Shown: positions 34,626 to 44,858 of the stretch, in pieces | How positions within the stretch are numbered: position 1 is the first letter of the stretch | Layout of the letters: each line of letters opens with the position of its first letter | Origin: an uncultured Prochlorococcus sp. | Lineage (GTDB): Bacteria > Cyanobacteriota > Cyanobacteriia > PCC-6307 > Cyanobiaceae | Assembly: GCA_902536775.1 (NCBI GenBank) | Contig: CACAYX010000002.1 | Coordinates: 4,462-68,461 of the forward strand | Direction of reading: 5' to 3' | DNA length: 64,000 bases | Notes under the pieces: model-generated | Databases searched by the model: none | The model's input: the letters and a program-made list of their open reading frames with translations, nothing else | What the model was told of the DNA's origin: nothing | Translations under genes and position numbers: made by a program

Positions 34626-34821
34626 GATAAATAAATTAGAAATTAACCACTTTTAAAAATGGTTTAAATACAGATTTTTCACTCCCACACAGATTAATAT
34701 TCTCTCTTTTTTTTATAAAGTCAAATAAATTTCGCTTTATTAGGTTTTTATGAGGACTTCCAATTAATTCTTTATTTATTATTGAAACCATAAGATTAAC
34801 TTAAATAAAAATACTTTTAAA

Positions 34822-34911
34822 TTATGAAGTAAATACAGGCAATCCTATTGTTGCAGTTGTTATGAGAGCCCCTGCAAAAATCAAGAAAGGTAGAAAAGGG
34901 TAGTTTTTCAA
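34822..34911 (-). CDS. 29-aa hydrophobic peptide (TTG start)
   Basis: MKNYPFLPFLIFAGALITTATIGLPVFTS. Confidence 0.5.
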   Translation of the reverse strand: MKNYPFLPFLIFAGALITTATIGLPVFTS

Positions 34912-35019
34912 AGATAAAAGCACTTATTCGTGATAACTATATAGGTATTTATACTGTTTGTCTACCCTTAAAGTGTCTTAAAAGTAAAATTTTTTCTTTT
35001 AAAAGTAAAAATTTAAATA

Positions 35020-35829
35020 TTAACCAAATTTACCTGATATGTATTCCTGAGTAGTTTTTTCTTTTGGTGAGTTAAAAATTTTCTTTGTCGTATTAAATTC
35101 CGCAAGATATCCCACTTTGCCATCAAACCCATCATCAAATGCAATCGCATTGAAAAATGCAGTCATATCACTGACTCTTAATGCTTGCTGCATATTATGA
35201 GTAACTATTATTATTGTGTAATTCTTCTTAAGTTCATGCATTGTCTCTTCTATTTTCAAAGTGGAGATTGGATCCAAAGCTGAACATGGCTCATCCATGA
35301 GAATTATTTCAGGCTCAATAGCTATGGTTCTTGCTATACATAGTCTTTGTTGTTGTCCACCAGATAAGGAGTATCCGCTTTCATCTAACTTATCCTTACA
35401 TTCATCCCATAAAGCAGCTTTTTTAAGTGAACTTTCTACTAATTCATCCATATCTCCAGTAAATCCATTAATTCGTGCCCCAAATGCAATATTTTCATAA
35501 ATAGATTTTGGGAAAGGATTAGGTTGTTGAAAAACCATTCCAATTCTTCTTCTTACTTCAACTGGATCAATTCTTTTATCGTAAATATTAGTTCCATCAA
35601 ATAGGACAGTACCTTTTAATGAGCAATTAGGTATTAGATCGTTCATTCGATTTAAAGATCTAAGGACGGTAGATTTACCACATCCAGAAGGTCCTATGAG
35701 TGATGTTATATCCCCTTTTTTGAAATTACAAAAAACATTTTTAACTGCCTCATTTTTTCCATAACTAATGGAAACATTCTCAAGAGATAAAATATTATTC
35801 TTTTGTGCCTTTTTATTATTTTTAATCAT
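35020..35829 (-). CDS. pstB: phosphate ABC transporter ATPase
   Basis: [26 protein letters not shown]. Confidence 0.97.
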   Translation of the reverse strand: MIKNNKKAQKNNILSLENVSISYGKNEAVKNVFCNFKKGDITSLIGPSGCGKSTVLRSLNRMNDLIPNCSLKGTVLFDGTNIYDKRIDPVEVRRRIGMVFQQPNPFPKSIYENIAFGARINGFTGDMDELVESSLKKAALWDECKDKLDESGYSLSGGQQQRLCIARTIAIEPEIILMDEPCSALDPISTLKIEETMHELKKNYTIIIVTHNMQQALRVSDMTAFFNAIAFDDGFDGKVGYLAEFNTTKKIFNSPKEKTTQEYISGKFG

Positions 35830-36723
35830 TTATACCCTCTTAGTTTTCTCATTAAAAGCAGCTAATATCCTTGAAAATATATTTACTGATAGTATCGACA
35901 AAACAAGAATAAAGGAAGCTGCCCAGGCAAGTTTATTCTGGGCATCATAAGGTTCAAGAGCAAAGTTGTATATCAATACAGCCAAAGAACCCATTTCATA
36001 AAACAAGTCCCCAAAGCCTGTTATGTAGTAGTAAGAGAATAAAGCCGTAAATATCAAAGGTGCAGTTTCACCTGCAGCTCTTGCGATTCCAAGTACAACT
36101 CCAGTAGCAATAGATCTAAATGCAGAGGGCAAAGTAACTTTCAATATAGTTGTATACATACTTGCTCCGACACCAAGAGAAGCGTATCTCAATTCGTTTG
36201 GAACTAACTTTAAACCTTCATCAGTTGTTTTGATCACACTAGGCAGCATCAATATTGAAAGAGCCATTCCTCCTGCCAAGCCACTGTACATACTTCCAAA
36301 TAAGATCTTTGTTGAAACAATCAAGGCATAAATAAATACACCGGCAATAATTGAAGGGACTCCCGCTAAAACATTTACACCGAATCTAATAAACCTTGAA
36401 AAAGCACCACCTTTAGAGTATTCCGCAAGATATATTCCGCCGCCAACACCTACTGGTATTGCAATAATTGAAGCAATGGTAGTTATTATTAATGTTCCGA
36501 TCAATGCAGGATTAATACCACCTGCATCTAAATCATCTCCAGGGGGATTAGGTTCTAAAGTAAATAGTTCTGGCGTGATTTGGGATCCACCTTTGATGAG
36601 AATATAAGTCACCAGAAAAATCAAAGGGAGTATTGCTATCAATGCGCAAATTACTGATAAAGAAGTAAAGAATTTATCTCCTATATTTCTTGATAATCTT
36701 TTCTGGTAATAGAGTGAATTCAT
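35830..36723 (-). CDS. pstA: phosphate ABC permease PstA
   Basis: GVPSII, ARAAGETAPL. Confidence 0.96.
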   Translation of the reverse strand: MNSLYYQKRLSRNIGDKFFTSLSVICALIAILPLIFLVTYILIKGGSQITPELFTLEPNPPGDDLDAGGINPALIGTLIITTIASIIAIPVGVGGGIYLAEYSKGGAFSRFIRFGVNVLAGVPSIIAGVFIYALIVSTKILFGSMYSGLAGGMALSILMLPSVIKTTDEGLKLVPNELRYASLGVGASMYTTILKVTLPSAFRSIATGVVLGIARAAGETAPLIFTALFSYYYITGFGDLFYEMGSLAVLIYNFALEPYDAQNKLAWAASFILVLSILSVNIFSRILAAFNEKTKRV

Positions 36724-36729
36724 AATTAT

Positions 36730-37677
36730 CTAATATTTGAGACTAAATTTCTTAACTAGCCACTGCGCAAAGATATTTACTACCAAAGAAAGGATCATAA
36801 GTACAAAAGCCGCATAAAACAGTGATGAAACCTGACTTCCATCAGCCTCACCAAACTGGTTTGCGAGCATGGAGGAAATGGTATATCCAGGAGATAATAG
36901 AGACCAACTAAATGCATTTGAATTACCAATAATCATTGTCACAGCCATTGTTTCTCCCATTGCCCTACCTAAAGCCAATAGAACACCTGCCATAATTCCT
37001 GATAATGCTGCCGGCAAAATTACCGAAAATATTGTTTTCCATCTACTTGCTCCAATTCCATAAGCCGCATTTCTTAGCTTTTTGGGAACCTGATTAAGTG
37101 AATCCCTTGCAATAGAAGTCACTATTGGCAAAAGCATTACGACTAAAATCAATATTGCTAACAAAGAATTCCTGCCTGTAGGTTCTGTACTGAACAAGGG
37201 TATCCAACCAAAGAAATTATGTAAAAAGACAAAAAAGGCTCTAAAAAAAGGCTCCATAACAAATATTGCCCAAAGTCCCAATACAACTGATGGAATAGCT
37301 GCTAATAATTCAACAAATGAACCTATTATTTCTCTAACAACTTTAGGTACAAAGTCCTCGGTAATAAATATTGCGGTTCCAACTCCTAGAGGGATAGTTA
37401 TTAATAGCGAAAAAAATGAGGTTACTAATGTGCCATATATTGCAGTAAAAGCTCCGTATTCATCTTTTACAGGATTCCATTCAGAGGTTACTAGAAACTT
37501 CAAGCCATACCTTGAAAAGGATTCAAATGACTGAAAAAAGACTACTAAAATAATTCCTAAAAGTATTATTGCTACGAAACTAGACAAGACTAGGGCAGTA
37601 TTCTTGAAGATAATATCTATATTTTTTTCGATACCGAATCTTTTACGATTCTTGAAAAGAGTTAATTTCTCTTCCAT
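36730..37677 (-). CDS. pstC: phosphate ABC permease PstC
   Basis: ELLAAIPSVV, GRAMGETMA. Confidence 0.96.
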   Translation of the reverse strand: MEEKLTLFKNRKRFGIEKNIDIIFKNTALVLSSFVAIILLGIILVVFFQSFESFSRYGLKFLVTSEWNPVKDEYGAFTAIYGTLVTSFFSLLITIPLGVGTAIFITEDFVPKVVREIIGSFVELLAAIPSVVLGLWAIFVMEPFFRAFFVFLHNFFGWIPLFSTEPTGRNSLLAILILVVMLLPIVTSIARDSLNQVPKKLRNAAYGIGASRWKTIFSVILPAALSGIMAGVLLALGRAMGETMAVTMIIGNSNAFSWSLLSPGYTISSMLANQFGEADGSQVSSLFYAAFVLMILSLVVNIFAQWLVKKFSLKY

Positions 37678-37782
37678 TAAAAAAAGAATATCTCTATAAA
37701 TCTACTACTAAATGTTGTAAAAGACTTTAAGAGGGGTTAAAGGTATAAGAAAGTCATGATAATTTGACATGTATTGAAAAAT

Positions 37783-38754
37783 TTATCTACCTATTTTTTG
37801 AACGGCGGCTCTTGATTTCTCAAGGATATCTCCTTTCAAGGGAACGAAACCCAAGGCAGGAGCTTTATCTTGGTATTCATCACTGAGTAATTTATAGAAT
37901 GTATCTTGAATTGCCTTAGTATTCCTGCCATTACCTTTTTCATAAGCAAGTATCCAAGTTAAGGTTGCTATTGGATAAGCTCCTTTAGCAGTTGGGTTTG
38001 GATTTTTACCGGCCAAGTTATTATCAAGCTTTATTCCATTTAAAGCTATTGCGCCTGATTCATTATTGGGGTTAACGAATTCACCAGAAAGATTTTGAAG
38101 TGCAGCAGCCTTAACATTACCTTTAATGTATGACTGGTTTACATAACCAATTGCACCTGGAGTATTTTGAATAACACCTGCAACACCAGAATTGCCTTTT
38201 GCGCCAACTCCCGAAGGCCATTTAACAGATTTACCAGTACCCAAATTCCAAGTTTTAGAGAAAGCCTCCATAGAATTCGTAAAAGCTTTAGTCGTGCCTG
38301 ATCCATCAGAACGATGTGCCCAAGTTAACTTACCTGATTTACAGCCTAATTCTTTCCAGTTTTTAACCATCCCCATAGCGACTCGTACTGCTTGCTCTTG
38401 AGTAAGTTTTAAATCGCAATCGTAGTTATATCCAAAGGCAATTGTGCCACCTACCATAGGTATTTGAACAAGTCCTCTTTTAACTTTTTCTATATCAGAA
38501 TCTTTCATAGGATCATCTGATGCACCAAAATTCACAGTTTCGTCTATGAAAGCTTTTCTTCCAGATCCAGAACCTACTGCTTGATAATTAACTCTAGGGC
38601 CTCCAGATTTAGCTAAGTCAAAAAACCATCTGGTATAAATTTTCGAAGGAAATGATGCACCAGCTCCACTTAATCTTTTTGAAGCCATCGCAGATGGAGA
38701 GAGTATTAATGAAATTGCAGAAGAGAAAATGAAGGTTTTTTTGAAAATACCCAC
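37783..38754 (-). CDS. pstS: phosphate-binding protein PstS
   Basis: GAGASFP, YQAVGSGSG, HRSDGSGTT. Confidence 0.97.
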   Translation of the reverse strand: MGIFKKTFIFSSAISLILSPSAMASKRLSGAGASFPSKIYTRWFFDLAKSGGPRVNYQAVGSGSGRKAFIDETVNFGASDDPMKDSDIEKVKRGLVQIPMVGGTIAFGYNYDCDLKLTQEQAVRVAMGMVKNWKELGCKSGKLTWAHRSDGSGTTKAFTNSMEAFSKTWNLGTGKSVKWPSGVGAKGNSGVAGVIQNTPGAIGYVNQSYIKGNVKAAALQNLSGEFVNPNNESGAIALNGIKLDNNLAGKNPNPTAKGAYPIATLTWILAYEKGNGRNTKAIQDTFYKLLSDEYQDKAPALGFVPLKGDILEKSRAAVQKIGR

Positions 38755-38922
38755 CTTGTATTGAGAACTAAGTTTGTTAAATATAAAATACAGCCAAAAG
38801 GTAATTTAAAAATTAAAAGAGATATAAATCAAGTTATTTTGATATAAAAAATTATTATTTATATATCGGTATTAAGAGCTCAGCTAGAAATTAAAATTTT
38901 CAATAAGATATCAACTCTTTAT

Positions 38923-39291
38923 TTAAAATTTAATTTTTGTTTTTACTCTGTTTTTGTTTTGAGATTTAAATTCAAAAATTCCTGTTTCAGTAAATATGGT
39001 CAACTCATCTCCAGATGTTTCTTCAATTGAAATTCCTTCGGATTCTAAGTTTTTTACATATACATTACCAATAAGTTTTAGGGATTTATCATCCTTCTCA
39101 AAAGAAAGCCTGTTCGAATAAGCCTCAAAATTACCACTATTACTTTTAATAACCACATTTCCCTTAGCCTCTAAATCACCTTCTAAAGTATTTATTTGAG
39201 CATCAGATGTAATTGTGTAATTAGTTAATTCCTCAGCAAAAGAAAATTCAGCTAATAGAAATAAAAAAGATGCAAAAATTAAGCTTTTCAT
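38923..39291 (-). CDS. LptA/OstA-like periplasmic protein
   Basis: Signal peptide; ITSD..., AKGNVVI, LIGNVYV beta-strand pattern. Confidence 0.55.
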   Translation of the reverse strand: MKSLIFASFLFLLAEFSFAEELTNYTITSDAQINTLEGDLEAKGNVVIKSNSGNFEAYSNRLSFEKDDKSLKLIGNVYVKNLESEGISIEETSGDELTIFTETGIFEFKSQNKNRVKTKIKF

Positions 39292-39663
39292 TTACTCCCA
39301 ACCTTTTTGTGCATTTTGAATAATCCATTGTGCAAGAACCCTATCCTCTTCATCCTTTAATTTATTTTTATAACCCTTCATAAAACCAATCCCATTATTA
39401 GCAATTATTGTTATTGAATTTACATCTGCTATTCCTCTTTTTTCAAGGTCGGAAAGTCTTAATGACTTGGATCCTTTAAGAACAACTGATCCACCTCTTA
39501 CATGACAGCCTGCACAAACATTTCTAAAAATTGTTTCTCCATCTCTAACATCAGATGCCAGAAGATATCTATGCTGCAAAGAGGTTTGAAAAATAATTAT
39601 TAGAGTTATAACAAGAATTACGAACAGAAATTTAAATATTTTCATTTGGTTTATTCCACCCAC
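39292..39663 (-). CDS. cytochrome c6-like protein
   Basis: GETIF..CAGCH heme motif, GFMKGY axial Met. Confidence 0.85.
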   Translation of the reverse strand: MGGINQMKIFKFLFVILVITLIIIFQTSLQHRYLLASDVRDGETIFRNVCAGCHVRGGSVVLKGSKSLRLSDLEKRGIADVNSITIIANNGIGFMKGYKNKLKDEEDRVLAQWIIQNAQKGWE

Positions 39664-39699
39664 AATAAATTTAGCAATTAATTCTGAATCTCGATCAGT

Positions 39700-40755
39700 C
39701 TATTTTAATAGTTCTACTGCTACAACAAGATTTCCTAATAACCCGTTCAAAATATTTAGTTGTTCTTTACTACCAAAGGCTATTAATACCTGACCTGGCT
39801 GAAGTATGAAATTACCTCCAGGGTTGGTAAATAATTTTTCGTTCTCTTTAATAGCCAAAATTTTTGCACCACTCTTTTTGCCTATCCCAAGTTCAGAGAG
39901 TGATCTTTTCTCTGCAGTTTCAAAAAGACTAATATCATTACTTAACTCAAATTCTTCAATTTCGCATTCACTTCCTGCAAGCAGATCAAGAAAGTCAATA
40001 GCGATAGGTCTTAAAGCCATTGATGCCATAGCTCTCCCTGCTGCAATATAAGGACTTACTACTATACTTGCTCCAGCTAATCTCAACTTACTTGCAGCTT
40101 CTTCAGTTCCAGCTCTTGCAATTACTCTTATAGAACTTCTTATCCCTTTAGCACTTAAAACCACATATAAATTTGCAGCATCATTGGGCAAAGTAACAAC
40201 CAAACTTTTGCATTTTTCTAATCCTGCGAGTTTTAAAGTTTCATCAAGAGTTGCATCAGCACAAAGAACTTCTAAACCATTTTCTTCAGCAATTTTTTTT
40301 CTATCTTCATCGCTCTCAACGACAATAATTGGAATATTTTGTGTTTTTATTTGATTCGATATTTCCTGACCTACCCTCCCATATCCGCACAAAATTACAT
40401 GATTTTCCATTTTTCTAAGAATTCTTTTAAAACGTAATTCGTTTACTCTTTGAAAATAGCCTGATTCGAATAATCTAACAGCTTTTTGAAAGGTAAATTG
40501 AATAAAAATCAATCCGCCAACGATTACTAAAACAGTTACGATCCTGCCTTCAGGACTTAAAGGTTGAACTTCTCCAAAACCAATAGTGGTTATTGTGATC
40601 AGGACCATCCATAAGCAATCACTCCATTCCCATCCTTCTGTTATTCGATAGCCAATTGCGCCTAAAAAAAACAGAAAGAATAAAGAATAAATAAGACCAA
40701 ACCAAGGCCTTAAATAATCTTTAATAAAATAAAACTCAAATAATCTAAGCTTCAT
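39700..40755 (-). CDS. potassium channel with RCK/TrkA domains
   Basis: TTIGFGE filter, CGYGRVG. Confidence 0.92.
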   Translation of the reverse strand: MKLRLFEFYFIKDYLRPWFGLIYSLFFLFFLGAIGYRITEGWEWSDCLWMVLITITTIGFGEVQPLSPEGRIVTVLVIVGGLIFIQFTFQKAVRLFESGYFQRVNELRFKRILRKMENHVILCGYGRVGQEISNQIKTQNIPIIVVESDEDRKKIAEENGLEVLCADATLDETLKLAGLEKCKSLVVTLPNDAANLYVVLSAKGIRSSIRVIARAGTEEAASKLRLAGASIVVSPYIAAGRAMASMALRPIAIDFLDLLAGSECEIEEFELSNDISLFETAEKRSLSELGIGKKSGAKILAIKENEKLFTNPGGNFILQPGQVLIAFGSKEQLNILNGLLGNLVVAVELLK

Positions 40756-40938
40756 ACCCCTTATTATCGTTAACTATTCAAAAATTTCAAAAAAATTTTC
40801 TATTATGTTCCTAAAACTATTTATTTGTTTAAGTGAAATACATATTAAGCAGGATAATAATATTTATTTTCGTAGCTCTATGCATTAAACAAATGATTAC
40901 TGTCTCAGGTCTTATTTAATACTTCATCAAAAAATAAT

Positions 40939-41070
40939 TCAAGGTTTTACTTGTACTGATTCAATAAGAAAATCAGAAGCTGCTTTTAACCAATCCGCGA
41001 CTGTAAGACGGAGATCAGGTTGAGAATATACAAGCGCGACAATTATTCCAACTAAGATTATCTTTACCAT
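40939..41070 (-). CDS. 43-aa membrane protein
   Basis: MVKIILVGIIVALVYSQPDLRLTVADWLKAASDFLIESVQVKP; resembles 51354 ORF. Confidence 0.65.
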   Translation of the reverse strand: MVKIILVGIIVALVYSQPDLRLTVADWLKAASDFLIESVQVKP

Positions 41071-41147
41071 GGCAATTCAAATATTCTTATGAATTAAAGC
41101 ACAACTATTTAGTAAAAAGAACCTTAAGTCTATAAAAAACAGATTAA

Positions 41148-41501
41148 TTAAAATTTCTCTAATTGATTAAACAAGTATTCCACTCTTCTAAGATTTACGC
41201 CTAAATCAGATTGCCCTAATCTTGCTGCAGATCTTATCTGAATAATTCCTTTTGATCTATCTACATAACTTCTTACATCAAGCTTTAAAATTTCGAGGTC
41301 ATCTGGAAATCTAAAAATTAAACTTCTACAAACGCCTCTCCAATAATTTCTACCACTTTCAATAACTTCTGTTCGAGGTAACCCTTCTGCAAGAGAAACA
41401 AGTTGAATAAACTTTTGATCAACATTTATTAGTTTCTTTTCTATTAAGACACTATTTAATGGATTAGTTATTGGAGCAAGACCTTGAATGGAGGAAACCA
41501 T
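41148..41501 (-). CDS. DUF1499 family protein
   Basis: SLIFRFPDDLE, IRSAARLGQSDLGVN. Confidence 0.85.
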   Translation of the reverse strand: MVSSIQGLAPITNPLNSVLIEKKLINVDQKFIQLVSLAEGLPRTEVIESGRNYWRGVCRSLIFRFPDDLEILKLDVRSYVDRSKGIIQIRSAARLGQSDLGVNLRRVEYLFNQLEKF

Positions 41502-41622
41502 ATTTTTAAGAGAGATATTGATGTTCTAACCGATTTCATACACAAAGTGAGAGAAAAAAAGTAAATAAATTCCCCATAAATTTAATCTCTTTATAAAGAT
41601 TCCTAATTTTTTGATCAAAACT

Positions 41623-41760
41623 CTAAAATTTGAGATTTTTAATTGTTTTTTTAGATAGAGATGGTTGCCTACCTTTTTCACTAATAAGTTTCCTAACCCA
41701 TAAAAAAACTCCCACAAACAAAAAAATTTCAACAATAATTCCAACCTTTATTAAACTCAT
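41623..41760 (-). CDS. 45-aa single-TM protein
   Basis: MSLIKVGIIVEIFLFVGVFLWVRKL...; GAGG upstream. Confidence 0.55.
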   Translation of the reverse strand: MSLIKVGIIVEIFLFVGVFLWVRKLISEKGRQPSLSKKTIKNLKF

Positions 41761-41856
41761 TTTTTATCCTCTTTTTTCTTGTTAGTGCTCTCTATGTATG
41801 GCACAAGGATATTTAATAACCATTTTTTAAATGAACTTAACTGTTTCATAATATAT

Positions 41857-42240
41857 TTACTTGCCTTTTCTCCACATACTCCTCCCTTTAATGAGATCCT
41901 CTATATTTGGCCAAGCTGCTATTAATTCTTTAAGTGCCTTTCTATTAGGAGTATAGAAAACACATGACAATGCACTTATTACATAAAGTATGAACCATAA
42001 CTTACTTTCTGAATAAGCTAAAAACAAAGAGAAAAGAAAACTTCCAATAAAGAAAAAGAAAAATGACCTATTTAATATTTCTAATGGAGTTCTTTTAAGT
42101 CTGTAGAATTTAATCTTTTTAATATCTTCTTCAGTATCTTTCTGAAATTTACTTTCGCACGAATTAATTATTTCTTCTTCTAGAACTTTTTCATACTCTA
42201 AATTATCAATTGGATCTCTTCGATCCTTTTTATTTATCAT
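41857..42240 (-). CDS. hypothetical two-TM protein
   Basis: 127-aa ORF, YTPNRKALKELIAAWPN. Confidence 0.75.
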   Translation of the reverse strand: MINKKDRRDPIDNLEYEKVLEEEIINSCESKFQKDTEEDIKKIKFYRLKRTPLEILNRSFFFFFIGSFLFSLFLAYSESKLWFILYVISALSCVFYTPNRKALKELIAAWPNIEDLIKGRSMWRKGK

Positions 42241-42522
42241 TGGTATCTATACAGTAAAATATGGTAACTAATTTAAGGTATTTTAAAAAGTATCAAATTT
42301 TATCTGTTAACTGGAGCTATACGAACAGATCATGGTTTCGAAAATACTTCAAGATTGTCTTATTTATAAACGATAAATTAGTCAAAATATTCTTTTTAAT
42401 TTTCCCAAATCTTTCGGTCATTTAAAACAATCACTTCTATAAACTTCATAGCATTAATTAAATTAGGAGGCAATATCTTAATCTAGAGTTAAAATAGTCT
42501 AGAGATTTTAATAATAATCTAT

Positions 42523-42834
42523 ATGCAAAGGTATTTGATTTCCTACGAATTTACTGATGGCGAGGATCAAGAAGAAGGGGCAGAAATGCTAATTAATTGG
42601 TATGAATCAGGTGGTCCCCAAAACAGACCTGAAAACTATGAGGTTCATTCTTGGATTTTTATGGTTCAAAATGGGATTGGACATTCTGTAGTAAGTGCAG
42701 ATTCTCTTGAGACAATTTGGAAGCAATGGCATCCCTGGAGAAGGTTAATGGATATAAGTATTCAGCCGTGTATGGATCTTGATGAGACAGTCGGATTATT
42801 CAAAAAACAAAAAATGAATACACGGATAGTCTAA
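42523..42834 (+). CDS. DUF3303 family protein
   Basis: WYESGGP..., IWKQWHPWR, IQPCMD. Confidence 0.75.
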   Translation: MQRYLISYEFTDGEDQEEGAEMLINWYESGGPQNRPENYEVHSWIFMVQNGIGHSVVSADSLETIWKQWHPWRRLMDISIQPCMDLDETVGLFKKQKMNTRIV

Positions 42835-42927
42835 AAGTATTTGACTTCCAATTATAATTTTTTTTTTAGTAGCACCTAATACTACATACATATTTCACTG
42901 CGTTAAAAAGGATAAGATTAATTTTCC

Positions 42928-43122
42928 ATGATGAATGATTCTTATCACATTTACTTCAAAGGAGAAATTCTTTTCAAGAATTTAAGTAAAGATGAATTTG
43001 AATTTGTTTGGGGAAAACTTTATACATCTTATATAAATGCCCTAAATAAAGAGCTAACCTACGAATTAATTAGCGAAAACAATATTATGGAGCCGGCTTT
43101 TAACCTTGAGCCATCTTACTAA
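42928..43122 (+). CDS. hypothetical protein, cyanophage-like
   Basis: YHIYFKGEILFKNL..EF..VWGKLY...EPSY. Confidence 0.6.
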   Translation: MMNDSYHIYFKGEILFKNLSKDEFEFVWGKLYTSYINALNKELTYELISENNIMEPAFNLEPSY

Positions 43123-43142
43123 ATCAAGAATAAAATCCTAGA

Positions 43143-43385
43143 TTATGAATAAAACAAAAATAGCTGTCTCTCTTTTATATTGAGGTACTCTTTCTCTTCT
43201 TTAGTTATATCCAAAGCAATTTTATTTGCCTCAATTTCGACATTAGAACTATAAGTCTCGAAGTTATCCTCTCTTTTAAACAGGGCAACAATGCCAATAT
43301 CTGTTATGAACCATATAAAATGATCAGTTTCTCCAATAGGATCCTCTTTTAAAGAGTCAATAATCAAGTCACAGGTTGAATCCAT
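43143..43385 (-). CDS. hypothetical protein
   Basis: 80-aa ORF PIGETDHFIWFITDIG. Confidence 0.7.
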   Translation of the reverse strand: MDSTCDLIIDSLKEDPIGETDHFIWFITDIGIVALFKREDNFETYSSNVEIEANKIALDITKEEKEYLNIKERQLFLFYS

Positions 43386-43406
43386 TTAATTGATTTTTGA
43401 GGGATT

Positions 43407-43643
43407 TTAATTTCCCCCATTGCAATACCTTACCGCCTCAGAATTGGTACCACCATCTTCAATAATTTCGGCAACGCATTTATTGAAAAGCTTAGACTCT
43501 TTTTTTACTGAACAGAATCCAAAAGCGATTGCAGCTAAAGCAACTGCAGAAACGAAACTAGAACCCAGTTGTATAAAACCATAGGCAAACATAATGTTTT
43601 TCTTTCTAGAACAATTTTTTGAATCCTTTTTTTCTTCTGTCAT
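43407..43643 (-). CDS. hypothetical TM protein ending AVRYCNGG
   Basis: 78-aa ORF. Confidence 0.7.
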   Translation of the reverse strand: MTEEKKDSKNCSRKKNIMFAYGFIQLGSSFVSAVALAAIAFGFCSVKKESKLFNKCVAEIIEDGGTNSEAVRYCNGGN

Positions 43644-43832
43644 TTAAATATTTTTAACTTAGTTAACCCTATTTGATTAGTTTTAGGTTTAAGAAACATT
43701 TGCATAGAGAAAACCGAATTAAAAAATTTATTATCAACTATGACAAAAAATAAAAATTTCAAGTTTAGATTGAGTTTTCTTTACTTTAATTTTCAATTTG
43801 ATACATCATGAAGAAAAGACTTTTTAAATTTT

Positions 43833-44116
43833 TTATCAACATGAGCTTCTGGTATAAAAATTTATCTTTTTATTAAAAGTAATGATCCCATAGTTATAAC
43901 AAGAGATTATGTTACTTTTTAAACTATATTTTATTTTTTTTGATGAAGTATTAATACTTAAAAATTTTTCCAGAAAAGCTTGTTTTGATAATGCTCCCGA
44001 AGAGTTATCCACTTTTTAAGCGTTTTTCAACAGGGTTTTCCACAATATGTTGATTAAATTTGAATTTCTATGTGCAAAATAAAATATTATCTTCTTTTAA
44101 GAAAAAACCATCCACA
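43833..44116. promoter_or_regulatory. cluster of DnaA-box-like 9-mers
   Basis: TTTTCCACA 44036 and TTTTGCACA (rev) 44071 perfect; four 1-mismatch and two 2-mismatch boxes nearby. Confidence 0.65.
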
Positions 44117-44177
44117 ATTTTTTTTTGGGATCAATATGATTTCAATTGTCATTTAAATAATTTTAAGAAAAAATCTT

Positions 44178-44303
44178 ATGAATTCAAATGAGACAAAAAA
44201 GGATCTAAATTCCCAAATCAAAAAAGAGTTGGAAAAATCTAAGCTCAAAGTTCTTACTAATGAAAATGATTTTTTAGTAAAAAATCTCAAAAAGGCTGGA
44301 TGA
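44178..44303 (+). CDS. 41-aa protein, paralog of 48094 ORF
   Basis: KKELEKSKLKVLTNENDFLVKNLKKAG. Confidence 0.55.
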   Translation: MNSNETKKDLNSQIKKELEKSKLKVLTNENDFLVKNLKKAG

Positions 44304-44591
44304 TTTATTAGAGCTAAAAAATATTCTTAAACAACAAAATTTTCAAAAATTCCTTTCAGGGCAAAATATTGATTTCTTGATTGATCACCCAAAATATTTA
44401 ATTTGCCAAATATAAAATTTCTATTAAATATACAAAATAATACTCTTTATACCAAACATATAAAACAAATTCTAGTTATATTAGCCGAATCTCCGTAAGA
44501 GATCAGATTAGAAATATAGACGAGAAATTCAAAGTTTTTAATTCTTTAAAAATTCAGTTTTCCTGTATTCCCATCATAGTTTCAATAAAAC

Positions 44592-44843
44592 ATGAATATT
44601 CAAGAACTTAAAGTCAACTACAAAAAGCTTTTAAACAAAGCTGCCAAAGCAAACGGCCGTAAAGAAACAGTTTCTTACTTAAATCGTGCTGCTAAAATTA
44701 AATCAAAAATCTATTCAAACACTAAAGTAAATTGCTTTAGATGTAATGGAGCAGGTTTTCTAAGAATTTCACTGGATGAGACTAAAACATGTCTATCTTG
44801 CTACGGTAAGGGTTTTTTAATTAAAGAAATTCAGCAAGTTTAA
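44592..44843 (+). CDS. GRKE-helix protein fused to a DnaJ-type zinc finger
   Basis: CFRCNGAG and CLSCYGKG (CxxCxGxG twice). Confidence 0.75.
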   Translation: MNIQELKVNYKKLLNKAAKANGRKETVSYLNRAAKIKSKIYSNTKVNCFRCNGAGFLRISLDETKTCLSCYGKGFLIKEIQQV

Positions 44844-44858
44844 AAAATTTGATTGTTC

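Noticed and set aside
37720-38850. Pho-box-like TTAACC/TTAAAG repeats before pstC and pstS
   Set aside because: Too degenerate in AT-rich DNA and no phoB in the locus
41526-41744. 72-aa ORF in the track
   Set aside because: The overlapping frame 41623-41760 has an ATG, an SD and a clean TM helix
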